Source: Marsupella aquatica
Lineage: Eukaryota; Plantae; Marchantiophyta
Assembly: GCA_973895155.1 (NCBI GenBank)
Contig: OZ316898.1
Location: 15,964,330 to 16,028,329, forward strand
Direction of reading: 5' to 3'
Length of the DNA stretch: 64,000 bases
The notes beneath the pieces were generated by a model. That model ran no database searches, was not told the DNA's origin, and saw only the letters and a list, made by a program, of their open reading frames with translations. The translations under genes were made by a program, and so were the position numbers. Shown here in pieces: positions 26,801 to 40,300 of the stretch (position 1 is the stretch's first letter; every line of letters begins with the position of its first letter).

Positions 26801-27206
26801 TACTTGAGTTGGTGTCCTGGGACTCGAGTCTTCTCTGAGTAGCGCTGAAGTGAAGCTCCCCCGTCTCTCCTGATCCAAGTCCTCCTGCAGACTTGGCGTC
26901 GGAATGAAGACGCACGGTTTTGATGGGTTTCCTCATAAGCGAGCCACCGCTACTACTGCTGTCTGCTGTTGCCGCTAAACTACTGTAAGTGTGTCCTCGT
27001 CCACGTCGGACCACAACGGTGTGAATTTCTGACTGGTAGGAGAAGATGAGCAGAAACCCCACTCCGAGAATGAGGAGGACGCACAGTCCAGTGTGCCCCA
27101 CCGCTCTGGATGAAGACGAAGATGTAGGAGCTACTGCTGCAGAAGTTGTTGGTCTCGGAATCTCAGACCCCGCCATCAAACCTGCTGTCAACTCTCTGCC
27201 TGTCAT
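23843..27206 (-). CDS. Type II membrane glycosyltransferase, At5g12260-like (GT-A domain plus nucleotide-diphospho-sugar transferase domain); 2 exons, 819 aa
   Basis: Exon 1 27206-25952, GT-AG intron 25951-25048, exon 2 25047-23843; total 2460 nt, in frame (...PQIVPG/KNGLPLKVDD...). N-terminal TM helix, WLDAWWPSSDDEFALFVEDD, GVWGQIFFPKPWKEFREWYD, VRNWLCN, LGYTLWFTRADTIW. Confidence 0.88.
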
Positions 27207-28659
27207 TGTTCACTATTAACTCTAGGCAACCTTCACACTTCCCGCAACAAGACAATGTGCTGCTCGTCTCCCTGAAATCAAATTACAAGCCACCGGATAT
27301 CCAAAGTAATGTGATTCGGCCAGGCCGGCCGATACGATGAACCTTACAACCGCAGTTGATCCGACTGGACTTCAAATTTAAACCACCGACATGTCAAACC
27401 GCGGAAGCGTACTTTCACCTGGGCCAGGACGACCGGCAGCAGTCAGACGGGTACCAGTCGATCAATCAATCAGCCTTGCCTTGCCTTGCCTTGCCTCGCC
27501 TCACATTGGATAGCATTGCAGACCATGCCTACCCACCGGACACTTTCCAAAGTCTAAGGCCCCTACCATTCGCTGCAGTTCAACAGTGGCAAACTCTTCA
27601 CGAGACCATCATCGCCGCCGAGGGCCAGTAGAACATACTGACAAACTACACCACGAGAGATCAAATGGAAACGAACGAGGAGCAGAAAGCTACCTCCCAT
27701 CCAAACTCCAGCTTATCGAGTCGGCCGATGTGCATAGAGAAAGATGGACCGATCGACAGATCCGTCACAACACAGCACAGTTGTGACTGATCGATCTGCC
27801 GGAAATCTACAAAACATTGCCGTCCTTGACAAAACCGCACCTGCACTCGCCGACCACAGCTGCTAGTAGCAGACGCATCTCCAGATCACTCAAGGTCTCC
27901 AGGCCGGAAGAGAACATGTATGCTTTGGCTTGACGGGCTGGTATTACTCAGCGGCTGACGGGTCTGAAGCGAACGTGCTGAGGATCTTCATCGTCCAACA
28001 ACCGCACATGCAGCAATCATGGATCTCCATTATTGCCCTCGACTTTCAGCTCTCCCCTTCCCTCATCAACAAGACAATCTATCATACCCCTCCCTTGACG
28101 GGCAAATGAGGGGTCTGCACCTCGTCACTTCGGACACCGGTCACCCTGGCCCGGGGTCGGGTCCAGGGCCGGAGTGAAGGTCGGGGCAATCCGGGGAGTT
28201 GGGGTTTGGGCCGAGAGGCGGGATCAGGCAGGGCTGTTTTTTTTTCTGTTTTTTTGTTTTTCTTGAAAGGAGGACTTTACTTTCTAAGCAAGTAAAATCG
28301 AGTAAAAAATAAAACCGCCAGACCACACAGACCGTCAAAGGCCCATGACACATCCTGACATCGGGACAGGGATAAAAAGGAACATGAAAGAAAAGTAAAC
28401 AAGACGTTACTCACCCTAAAAAAGGACTATCAAAACAGACCCCAAATCTGAGGGCAAACTCAACCCTGAAAACAGTGAGAGAACCATCATGAACTAAGAA
28501 CTGAACAATTGAAATCAGAACTAAAATCCAAAAGGATTTAACCATCTGCACATGTAAACAAAATTTGAAATCTACTCCTAACCCCCAAGGCCACTCAACA
28601 AAAGAACAAGTGGCCAAGTGGGACTGAGTAAACTACTTCACGGGGGATGAAAGATCCAT

Positions 28660-29727
28660 AGTGGTCGAACATTCACAACAAGATCATCATTACAAATTCT
28701 GTACAGCCCGCCATTTCTACCAAAATCTCTATTGAACTGGCCCACCAATTCCTATCTATTTTTTCCAGAGATAAGGATCTTAGTAGAACCACGTTTCCAG
28801 GCAATCCTCATATGAAGACGTAGTTCTGACCAGATTTTACACTTAATCCCCTCCACAGGAGTCTTCACCTCAGCCTTTTCCAATGAACAACGGGCTTTCC
28901 AGATTTGCCATAAAGTAATACCTCTAACAATTTCCCACAATTTAGAAGGAAAATTCACCATCCCACCAACCAATGGAGCTCCTAGTAGCACATGAACAAC
29001 ACCAAAAAGGAGATTACTAAAGTTAGCACCAGCTAACCATAAAAGAGAATTGCACCAATTCCAAAGAAGAACCGATTCTGGGCATGACCACAAAAAGTGG
29101 AGAATATCTTCATGTCTCTGCAGATCACATCTGCGACACCACCAAGCTTCATCCAATCTGGAAAATGGGATAATGCATCCATTTTCATTCTTCCGTTGGG
29201 ATCTTCTACCAATGTAGTGCTTGGTAGCAAACAATGGATGTACAATTTGCCATAAGAAATGATTAACCTTCTCCTCCCGAAAAGATATCCACACATGATT
29301 CCAAATCACCCTATCCTTTGGAACACCTCTGAGATCCATCCTCCACTTCTTAATACCCACCACTACCACTGACTGTCTCTGCTGTAACAATCTTTGTAGG
29401 CTAGCCGTAGTAGAATGCAAAAACATTCTTCCCATCTTTCCACTGAAATCTAAATGAATTCCCGAAATCAGAAGCGGAAGACATCAGAACTCCAATCCCT
29501 TTCTTGTGAGACTTCCAGTTCTTAATATTACCAGTGATCAACTTGAAAAGTCTATCACCCGAGATTGGCACAAGGGCAACCATCTGAATACAACCATTCT
29601 GAATAACAAACGTACAAACTTGCATCCCTTGAATCTCCTCTAGACTCCAACTATCTTGCACTAAGCTATACGGTATCAATATTTCCCACACAAGATTTCC
29701 TTCTAGGATCGGATCTTGAGGGACCAA
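28660..29727 (-). mobile_element. L1/Tx1-like LINE, 3' portion with zf-RVT (decayed)
   Basis: IWNHVW...FLWQIVH...CRRC...EDILHFLWSC...LWQIWKARC. Probable continuation of the LINE at 45410-48500. Confidence 0.8.
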
Positions 29728-30352
29728 AGCTTCTCGAGAAGCTTCTTAGCAGAATCAGAATAGCTTCAAGTCAACATGGGCGTGACAGGTCTCCTTCATT
29801 CAGAATCAGAATGGGATTTCGGCTTAGACGGGCATAATCTTCATTAGTTTTGAGGATTCGGGCAAGGAGGGATGTGCAAACTGAACCTTACTCCCGTATC
29901 TGGCGCTAAGTGCGCCTAATCCTACTTATAGAAATGTCATGGGTATAGTTTGTGTTCTGCCGCCGGAATGTACCTTAAGTCAATGGCAAGATTGACCCTG
30001 GCTTAAGGGCTTCTAAGCCTTTGTGCTGTCCGCCTCCGATCCGGATCCGATGATACGGGTATCCAACCCGGGCTCACAACCACTATCCGCAGCTGACACC
30101 TCGTGCACGGCTCAGATAATGCGTTTGGCCAAGCATTCTCTACCCATATACAAAATTCATACATACAACTGAACTCACAAGCATTCAATCTCGGTTTACA
30201 CAAAGAAAATGGTGGGAAAAGACTTTACTTCAAAACTTGTCATACACATACACACGGTAGACTCGACATCTCTTGAGTGAACAGGCCCAATGACATAGAG
30301 GCGTACACTTCAACAAAGCCCGGCTCCGCACTCGCCCAACAAGCTTAGTTGT

Positions 30353-33300
30353 TGTGGTGGGTCCCATGGCTCCCTTCACCCAAGAAACCCCTCTGCTCAA
30401 GCCGATTCCCACAGGTTTCGCTCTTGGCGAGGCCAATTTCGCGGCTTAGCGGCATGGGACACTGCTAACTTCCTTCTACTACTATTGCTATTAACAGTTT
30501 ACTCACATATACTAGACAGATTCTTCATCGGGTCATGAGATACATAGCCGGCCTATTCTTGACCTTCCCTTGTCCTCCCCTCTCGGTTTTCCTTTAGGTA
30601 TGTTTGGATTCCGCCGCCGGAATGATCCCCAACTGGCTTGGGTAAGCCGCTAAGACCTCTCTCAGCTCGACACATCCAACTCTTACTACCTTGCTTACTC
30701 CCTTCTTGGTTGATGTGGGCAATCTTCAAACAAGTTAATGCGACACACAAATAGCAAAATGACTCCTTCTGACTAAGTTATACCATGCACTTGCCATACA
30801 AATAGTACTTCTCATATACAAGATCTGCGAACTAAGCCGTGAGGCCATCTCTCTTCATATCTTAGGTATGAGGAAACATGAATATACACAAGGGTCACAG
30901 TATAACTAACCGAGAGCTTCTTTAACTACTTGATCCCAGCCCTGCTAGTGCACTAAAAACTTGCTAAGGAAGAAGGCCCCGAACTCCCCGTTGCCCAGGT
31001 ACTTATCCTGGTAGTGGATCCGCCTAATTCCTTGCAGTGTAAGCCTAATCTACCTAACTGTAATCTACCTATGTACAGCGAGGCAGGAGCACAAGTGTTG
31101 CTCTTACCAGTGGATCCGCAATCCCACTAAGCTAAGTGTCAAGGCCACCCCTTGGTCGTGATCCTAATTCTAAACTTGGAGATCTGAGCTCGCCTTGCCC
31201 ACTCACGCCTCCTCCCTCCACGTCCGCCCTCCTTAAAAGGAGCGGCCCTCCACCACCATCATGGCAGCGGTGTCTGGTCCTCAATGGACGCCCCCAACAC
31301 TTCCTCCGCAGCCACTATCGTAAGTCCGTCCTCTGACAGATTACCTGATCCTGACCGAGTCAACTCTCCATCGGCCTGACTGGGTCCACCCTTGGCTTTG
31401 GCCTTAGCATCGGCCACGGCCTCCCCGGCATGTTCTAGCGATGGATCCGGTACCCCAACTTCATCACTGAGTATCCTGGCCCCGGCTTCATCATCCCCGC
31501 CTTCTAGGGCGGTTGGATCCTCTACCGTGACCCTGCCTGAGGTTGGTGTTGGGTTTACCTCCTTGGTCACGACGGCTTGAGGAGCCGTATTACTCCCTGA
31601 CCCAGAAGGTTTCCGCTTCTTCTTCTTCTTTGGTTTGGCAGTTGGCCCCTTCCCCTTGCCACTTACCTCCGGCACCGGTGCGAGTGTCTCGGCTTGTCCT
31701 TCGGCCAGTACTACACCAGGTAACTTGGTTGCACCAATTGGAGTTGGTCCTGAGGAAGCCAAGCACTTAAATACTGCTGCCTATTTCTTTAGCCGCTCCG
31801 TTTGGTTGTCGGCCCGCCGCTGTAAGTTCTCCATCTTCCGCGTGCTTTCCTCCAACTCCTCCTGCAATTCATCCAGGTCCTTGCGCGCCTCCTCCCGCTC
31901 CTTCTGGGCTTCCTCCAATTCCTTCTTTAAGGTCGCCCTCTCCTCCTGGGTTGCTCTCAGCTCCTTGTCGAGCTCTGAAATGACCTCAGACTCCATTTTA
32001 TTCATCTTGGCATAAGTCTGGCCGAGCTGGTCGTCTTTCTCGCAGAGGTCGTCTTTGAAGTTGGCCGTCATGGATGCGAGCTCTTGCCGTAGCTCGATAA
32101 TTGCCTGATAGGATTTCCCTAACTCGGCCTCCTTCTGCTCAAGGGCTCCGCGGATATCCTCAAGTTCCCCCTTGAGCGCCCTTTCCCTCCTCTGAGTTTC
32201 CGCCATGGCCCGATTGTTGGCTGCTATGTGGGCCTCCTCTGCGTCTCTCAGCTCGCGCTTCCACTTCTCCTTCTCCTTGTGTAGTTTGCTATGAAGAACC
32301 AAAAACACACTTAAAGGTCTTCAAACTCGGTATTCGTTCCCGTAAAGAACAAGATGGGGTTGATTTGATACATAAAAACACAAATGAGAGTTTAAGAACT
32401 CTCTTTAACACATAGTAATCAGGATTGATTACTTTACTAAGGTATTTTGAAGATCGCTCCACAGCGGTGAGTGGTTTTCAATGACAACTCAGCATCATGT
32501 AACCATAAATTAATGAAAAGGGAATGATTAACAAAACACAAGGAAAAATATATCTTAAAGTATACTAAGGGAGTCTGGAATAGACCAAGGTTACTCCTTA
32601 GACATAAGTCAAAATGAAAAGACTTAAGGATTCAAATCCATATTACTTTTCAGATCTAAAAATATTTACTAGAGTACTCTTTTAAAATGCTGTCAACATG
32701 TCTTATCCTTTCTTTCTAAGTGGTACTTAGATAAGATCTAAAAGGTAGCTACTTCAACATTTAGATGGTACTAAGCAACATGAAAGAAAATCCATCAATT
32801 TCAATAAGACTTAAACTCGGTGAGTTAACTCCAAGAACTCAGGAGATTGTAATGAGTCACCAAAGAGGAATCTGTCATCAGATCTCATAAGATTTACACA
32901 ATTGGAATTTTACTTCCCATGATTTATTCAAAGGATTAAACCGCAAGAAGGAGGAAAGTCTTCTCCTGGTGTCAAGCTTGATCTCGAACTCTTAACATTC
33001 ATGATCAACTGGCAGAACACCAAGGAAAGGCAAAAATTGCTAAACTTTACCATCCTCTACACTAGTGGTAGAGCTATCTTATAGTCAAAATCTACTGAGT
33101 GAGAGGTCACAGGGTTGAAGAGACATGCCTCTTCATACCCCTCAAAATTTTAAAATGGCAATTCAGTAAGTGAAAAGCCTGAAAAATGGCTAAGTATGAA
33201 CTCGTAACTAGTAAACTATTATTAACTCGTAATCGGAAATCTGTCGGAACTCGTAATCGTAAACTAGTAACTCTTAAACTAGTAAAAGCTAAGTCGTAAC

Positions 33301-36300
33301 TCGTAATCGTGGTAAAGTAAAGACTTGATGAATTCAACTATTTTTAACTTCCTAACTATAAGTTAGAAAACTCTGAGATTTTGCCAGGAGGTTTTTCTAG
33401 GTACAGACTATACACTAAAGAATTATGACAGCTTCCAAAGCTCTAGGACGCATTTCTAAAAATCAGATAAGATGCACTACTCTAAAAACTAACTAAAAAC
33501 ACTTAAAGACTTCTTCAAGCTTGCTGTCGGATGTCGTCTGGTTCCAGCAACTCCACAAGGGTAACAATTCGGTTCTAAGTAACCTCCATCAGTTTAGCTT
33601 GGCATGGGGATCCTCTGGAGTATGGTAGGCACCTCAGTTGTCTCTCAGGATACATCAAAGGCATCCTCTTCATCAAATAACATGAATCTATACGAAGAGC
33701 TTCTCTATACATTCCGATCACATCATAGTTGTTGCAGGTAGCAGCATATACTTGGGGATAATGGTACAGGAACTCAACAGAGTTCAGCATCCTGGAATAG
33801 AAAGGGTGAAGCCTCCATTTGACATCTTTGAAATATCAGTTGAAGTTGGCCAAAGTTTGAGAGGTAAGGTGGAAGAGAAGTCAGTAATGAGCGCCTATGT
33901 CTTGCATTCCTTCCCTTTCAAGGTGAGATCTTCATCCGTTGTGGAGTCCCGTTGAACTAGTCGTAAGATGTCACGATCACAGGGTCGCCAACTCTTAAGG
34001 CATAACTCGTAAAGCAGTGAACTAGTAAACTCGTAACTCGTAACTAGTAAACTCGTAACAGGAGTTTACTCGTAAACTTACTTTAAACTTGGGAACCGTG
34101 ACTTGTAGACAGAATGCTATCTCCGTTCTGTTATCAACAATTAGAGGTTAAACCCCATAAAAAATTTAAAAATTTTCAGTTTCTTCATGATTTTGGAAAT
34201 ACCCACTACTTACACCTTGATCGAATCAGCCAGATCACATTGGGTCCGAGTCAGTTTATCCTTGATAATTTATTATCAAACTACGCGGTATCTAATTGCC
34301 CTTGCATGATGTTGAGCTCATGCCGCTTAATCCGTAGCTCATCTTGGGCTTTCTTGGATGCCTTCAGGTCTTCTACCTCGTCTTCCCTTGGCCTAAGCCG
34401 ACGGATGACCTTGTCCTTCTTGCTTCTTTCCAAAGCCACCGCTTCTCTAATCGGTGCTTCTCCAACATTTCCCTCTGGAAAAAAGGTCCCTGCTCCAACT
34501 CCTCCCCAAAGATGCCGAGCGCAAGTTCCCCACACATCTCCCCGTACTCCATGGCTCATTCTTTAGCATAGGCGGAGTGAGCAGAAGTCATCTTCATCAT
34601 CCACCGCGGCCTTTGTTCCCAGGGAGTCTTGCGAATTTCTTCTATCATGGCTGGCGGGCTACATCTTTTTTCTGCAAGCCGCCGGATGTCCTCTGGCCAT
34701 TCTCCTCCTAGTAAATCCTTCTCCCTTGCCAGGGCTGTCTCCTCTTCCTCTCTGCGTCGTTCCTGAAACTCCTGTGTCGTCTGTTTTATGTCGTCAAAAC
34801 TTGGGGGAGCGACATCTGGTGGGGGAGACTCGGGGCTGCTCTGTTGGGTTGGGTCCCCTCAAATTACTCTTGGAAGAGTGGGGATGAACCTGCCACAGGT
34901 CCTTATTCCTGGAACATGATGGTCCGACCCGTAGCTGGAGTCATCATTGTCGTAGCCTTCTATCGCCTCCTCCTCGGCTTGGACTACCGGCTCCCCCCGC
35001 TGTTGTCCTGGTCCTACTGTGAACACAACCCCATAGATCACGGGTCCTGGTTCCTCCGGCTTCCACGTTGATCTCATCTTCTCCCTATCAGGACCAGGGG
35101 CCTCGGGCTGCTTCTCCTCAGCTTTGGGACTTGAAGCTCCTACATACATTCAGACTCCCGGCTCGTGTTCCGTCCTTCTCTCCTTGGCTCCGGTAAAGGG
35201 GTTTTCCCTGGTAAGTTGGCTAAGGCCGACTTCGGGAGCCGTATTCTGTATTGGTCCTGTTGCCGTTGTCGTTCTCCTTTCCTTCTCCAGCAATTTCAGC
35301 AGATTCTGCATGCTTGGTTGCTGCATCGGCAAGTCCTCCTTCCTTGGCCTAAACACCTGCTCGATTGTAGGACTGTCGGGCTGGGTTGGTTTCTCTGTTG
35401 CCGGCCTCGGTTCCGGAACCTCCTCTGGTGCTCTTGCCTACAGGGGCAGTACCGGGGCGAATATCTGGCTTCGGGACCGGCACAACAGTGGCATGTGATA
35501 ACTGAGCCGGGACACGCTTCCCATGCCGATCACCAACTGTTCCTCCTTCAAGATCTTCTTTAGTTGGTTGAGGAGGTACCCATTGTAGTCTCGGCTTGGG
35601 TCTGGCCTCTCCGCCAGATAGACTTGTGCCTTGCCAATCTCTGCCCTTGGCAAGTTACAATGCATAGTCACCCGCAAGAAATCGATCATTTCTCCTATGT
35701 GCGGGTTGGTGCAGGTGTTTCGGAAGAAGCCATTCTTTGTTGATGGCCCTGGAAACGACCGGAACCCCTTGTCTGGCAAGGTCTTCCTGGTCTCTACCTT
35801 GGTCTTATTGCCCATCGGCAAGCGAAACACTTCGGCAATCACCCGGGGAGTGAGATAAAAATCCTTCCCATACACCCTTGTGGAAATGGTCTCGGGCTCC
35901 CATGATCCCATGAATTCCAGTAAGTCTGCATCCGGCACTTCCGGCTTCAGCCATGGTAACTTTACGAATGCTTCCAAGCCGGATCCGGCCATGAAGCCCT
36001 GGTATTTTCGAGTCTGCATAGCCGTAAAGCATGCATCCTCCTCCCGTGCAAAGTGTAATTGTACCTCCTCGGGGAGGGTCGCCGCCCAGCCTTTCCAGGT
36101 GTCATCTCTTGTTGGAACGGCATTGACGGGGTCAACCTCCTCCTCTTCGGCTTCTGCCTGCCTCTTGCTACCCTGCTCTGCTGGTTTCCTGGGTGCCGCC
36201 AACCTCGTTCTTTTTGTAGGGGTGACTTCTTCGTTGTTGTTCCCTTTCCTTTTCATAGCGGCTGCCGTGGATGTTTCTCCTAGCATGGTTGCCTTCATCC

Positions 36301-36978
36301 ACCCCTCCGTGCTACCCTTCAACTCCCAGTGTATGTCGTTGCAGCGGTTGATGGCCTCCTGGATGCCGACTATCTTGTTCTCACAAAACAGGAGATCATC
36401 GAGTTTATCGGCAGTAGGCGTCCACAAGAATTCAGCCGTAATGAGTTTTCCTCCTAAGAAAGCAGACTTCTGCAGCTCCCACAGCCGAGCAAGCTCCTGC
36501 CATTCTCGAGCCGCTCTCTCTGATTCTTCGTCCTCGTAGGTTCCAATGTACTCAGTTGCCCGTTCTAACAGGCATCCCCAAAAATGAGCCGCTTGATTGA
36601 CGTTGCTCATACCCCTCTTGAGTTGATCGTCGGTATCTGCTTCCACCCCTAGTGCTTGCCTGAGCAGTGGACAGCAGTTGGCCTCCCGTAGTCGTCCGGT
36701 TGGCTTGTGTTTGAAAATGAGCTGCCAGTCCTTGTGCTCGGTCCTTACCCCCCCTCTTTGGCTGGTCTTCCTTCCCGTTGGTAGCCACCGGTACTTAGCG
36801 CGCCCTAACCCTAATCGTGTTTCCCCCGGCGTCCTTACTTTTGGCCTCGGCTCGAGTTCCATAGTTACCCTTAATTGTTTATATTTCCCTAGTTTTGTTA
36901 CTATACTAAGGTGTTTCCTAGGGTACACTCCTGATTTTACTATTTAAACTGCTTAATGATTCCTGGCTAGGCATCACA
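30353..36978 (-). mobile_element. Family A ORF-bearing TG...CA element, copy 2 (complete, TSD GTTGT)
   Basis: GTTGT|TGTGGTG...CATCACA|GTTGT. About 4.7 kb without the nested solo LTR. Decayed ORF ~36865-31259. Confidence 0.9.
32280..34214. mobile_element. Solo LTR, family X (1935 bp, TSD CCTTG)
   Basis: CCTTG|TGTAGT...CTTACA|CCTTG. Internal ACTCGTAA/ACTAGTAA repeats at 33200-33320 and 34000-34080. Confidence 0.9.
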
Positions 36979-39900
36979 GTTGTACCCTCCCTCCTTGGTG
37001 CTCTTTTACTCACAAAGGCCGGGACTCCCCGCACACACTGCGGATGCCCGGTTCTGAAACTAAAATCCCTCTGCCTCTACCGGGGGGTGCACTAAATACT
37101 AAGAGCCGGGGCTTGGAGCGGCCGCGTGCTCAAATCTATGTTATCTAAGATTCTAAACCCTGCTAATTGTCAGGCCATAAAACGGCGTGTCTTATTCTAA
37201 GATTCTAACTACAAAGGTTGATTGGATAGGACAGCGCTGCTAACTAGTTTTGGCGCTTGTCCTTATCGTCTGATTACCCTACTTCTAACTCTATCCTAAA
37301 CCTACTCTGCCGCTAATGTCTGGCACGCTTGCCAGACCCGCGTGAGTTGGATTTGGAGTGGCCATCCCGTTGCCTCCTAAGCCAGTCAGCATCCTGCTTG
37401 AGTAGAGATTTGTTCTCTCGCTTTGTTGCATCCTTCTCCTTTGTGGCTTCCTGGCACGCCTCTTCCAATTGCTGGGCATTGCTCATCAGCTTGTCCACCA
37501 ATTGGGCTTGCTTCGTGGTTTCTCCTTGAAGCGGTGCCACTTCCGCCTTTAGGGCGTCTATCTCAGTTGCGTCTCGCTGGGCCCGGGCGTCGGCCTCCTC
37601 CACATCCTTTTGCCAAATGATGGCTTGTCCCTTCAGACCGTCAATCTGGGTTCGGAGCCGTGTGATCTCAACATCCTTCCCGACTCTAGCCTGTTCGGCC
37701 AAGGCTACCCGGGCCCTAGCTTCGGCCACCTGATCTTTTGTGGCCACTACCTGAGGTCAAAGTAGTTGGAGTTTGGTCTCCCGGGCTGAAACTTTATCTT
37801 TCAAGTGGGTAGACTCAACTCGATTCCGCTCTATCCTCTACATGGCTTCAACCTGCGCATGCCTCGCTCGCATTGCTGCAAATTATTCCTGGTTGAAGAA
37901 GTAGGCCACCTTCCGTGCCATGTACTCCCCGATATCCCGCGCAATTTGTTGGGAGAAGTCTCCCAACAACCCATTCAAAAACGTGCCAAGTGCAAATAGT
38001 TCTGGGTACTCCACATTATGCCCACTTGGGTTTGGGCAAGGACAGACCTCAACTCGCGTGGGAGTCGGAGTGCTGACGTCCAGCCCTTGAAATATGATGG
38101 TAGAGGGGGTTGGGTTTGCATGGGGTGGCTGGTTCTCCTAGACAGCCGTGGAGGGTACCGAGGTGTCCTCTGTCATCGTAGTCTCGGACCCGGGGCCAGC
38201 TTTTGCCAGCCCAGTTTTGATGGTTGCGCTGGCCTGGTTGATCAAATCTAGGGTTGCAATAACCGCGTCGTCTGATACAGATGGAGGGGCGGCAGCGGCT
38301 GGGGTAGTCGTGGTCCTCACAACTGCCGGACTTCTGGCCTCGAGCTGGGGTTGCCTGTCCTGGGCCGGGAATACCCACCGTGATGGGTTTAGCTCAGGCT
38401 AGTTGAGCCAAGGGAGGCTTCGATGGTCAAAATGGGTGTACCACTCGATGATGATCTTGATGTGGCTTGCAAGGTACGCCTTCCCGCCAAGGTACAAGGT
38501 CTTCCTTCGCCGCTCCATCTCCTTGTGAAACTTCTTGACGAAGAAAGAAGCCCACTTCCTAGGCCAATAGTTCTCAACCTGGATGACTTGGGCGGCGGAT
38601 ATTTTGCCCCTTGGTTCCATCATATGGAGGGCATACCTCTGGAACTCTAGCCGCTCCGCTATCTCCGGGATAAGGCATGTCCTCATCAAGAATCCATTGC
38701 CCACTGCTCCTTCGGCCGGGAAGCTAGAGGACTGATACTTGGCTCCCTTGCCCCTGGGAGCCCGTGATTCTACCCGATTTACTCCTTCAGGTAGGCCGAA
38801 GATCATTTTGAGTCGTGCCTTGTTGAGGGACATCACTCTTCCATGCGCACAGGTTTGTTGGCGGGCCTTGTCAAAGTTCTGGATGAACTCCATCATATCC
38901 TGCCCATAGTACCTGCTAGCATTCCAAGGGAGAGAGGCGAGGTGCTCAAACCCTTGGGTCTTCAAGTAGCATGCATGCTTGGGGTGGAGAATGTTCTTGT
39001 GGACATTCTCCCCCATGCGATGCATGGTCAGCTTGGCCACCAATACTGTGGCTAAAGGCAGCCCGGATACAGCCACGGGTTCCTTTTCTCTTCCTACCCC
39101 GAGACGGGTTCCCGGGGTGACTTGTAGAGGGGGACATCTTCCCGTCCTCTCTATCGGGTGGTGGCAGTGCTACCGCCGTAAGTACTGGTGCTGCGACCGC
39201 CACTGTCACCGCATCATCTACCAAAGCCGTCACTTGAGTCCGGGCTTGTGTAGGTGGTGACGTGTTGCCCGACTTGTGTGTGCTTGCCCCTCGTGGTTGC
39301 CGGCACAGGGGCGGGTGAGCCTCTTTGTCCTTGGAACTGATATTCACCACGTTCACCATGGATCGTACCCGGAGGGGTGGTGTGACCGGTGGTGGAGATT
39401 GGCTTGGCTGAGGCCAAGGTGGTGTTGGTGAGGGCACCAATGAGTCAGCCATGGTGGTAGCTGGAGGAGGCACCATAAGATTCAGAAAGTCCGAGGGGAA
39501 GCCAAGTGAGGTCAGGAAGGATGTCTCGCTCAGATCTGCATTACCGAATTGATGGTTTATGGAAGCCTGAACTTTGGCTGGGATATGGTTGAAGTGGTGT
39601 CACTGCAAGTCTATCGTGCTAGGGAGTGTGAAGACCTTGTCCAAAAGCCAAAGATGTGCTTCCTGGAAGCCAATGTACTTTGGACTATTAAAGTAGTATT
39701 AATAGATCTCGTCGGCTCGACAGAGCTCGCTCTAGAATGGAAGGTTGAAATTGCCATTATAGTGAGAGTGCCCGGCTAGATGGAAAAGTTGATTGTACTG
39801 CCTTTTGGTTTTGTACCGGCGCGGGTTAACTTTGGCCAATGACTTTGCTAAATGATTTCCGACGGATAGAAATTGAAGCCAAAACCGAAGGGCCGAATTG

Positions 39901-40300
39901 GACATAATCGTGATAGACATAAAAATGGTGGTGGAGGACTAAGGAGCAGATGAGCAGATGAGAAAATTGGGGTCAAAGCTGGCGCAAGGAGTGAAGTGTT
40001 GATGCTAAGCGGGAGAATGGCCTGCCTTTTATACCCTGAGGGCTCGTCGGCCGCACGGCCCCTTCCTCTTTTTGATAGGCCAATCCTTTCACGCTTGCAA
40101 TGTACTGGCCACTCCGCAGGTCCGGGTCAGAGCGTGTCAGTGAGCCGCCCCCTTGAGTTGTTATACTGACCCAAGGGGGCATCCCTACACGCTTGTAACC
40201 CGGTGGTACAAACGGTGCTCCGCCGCCAGCCCGAGCGTAAATGCTCCTTATTGACTAATGATGTCCTAGTCATGATTACTACCTACTTTAGTGTCATTAT

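Noticed and set aside
30353-36978. Autonomous Ginger- or Maverick-type DNA transposon
   Set aside because: No long TIRs and no recognisable DDE integrase motif in the ORF.
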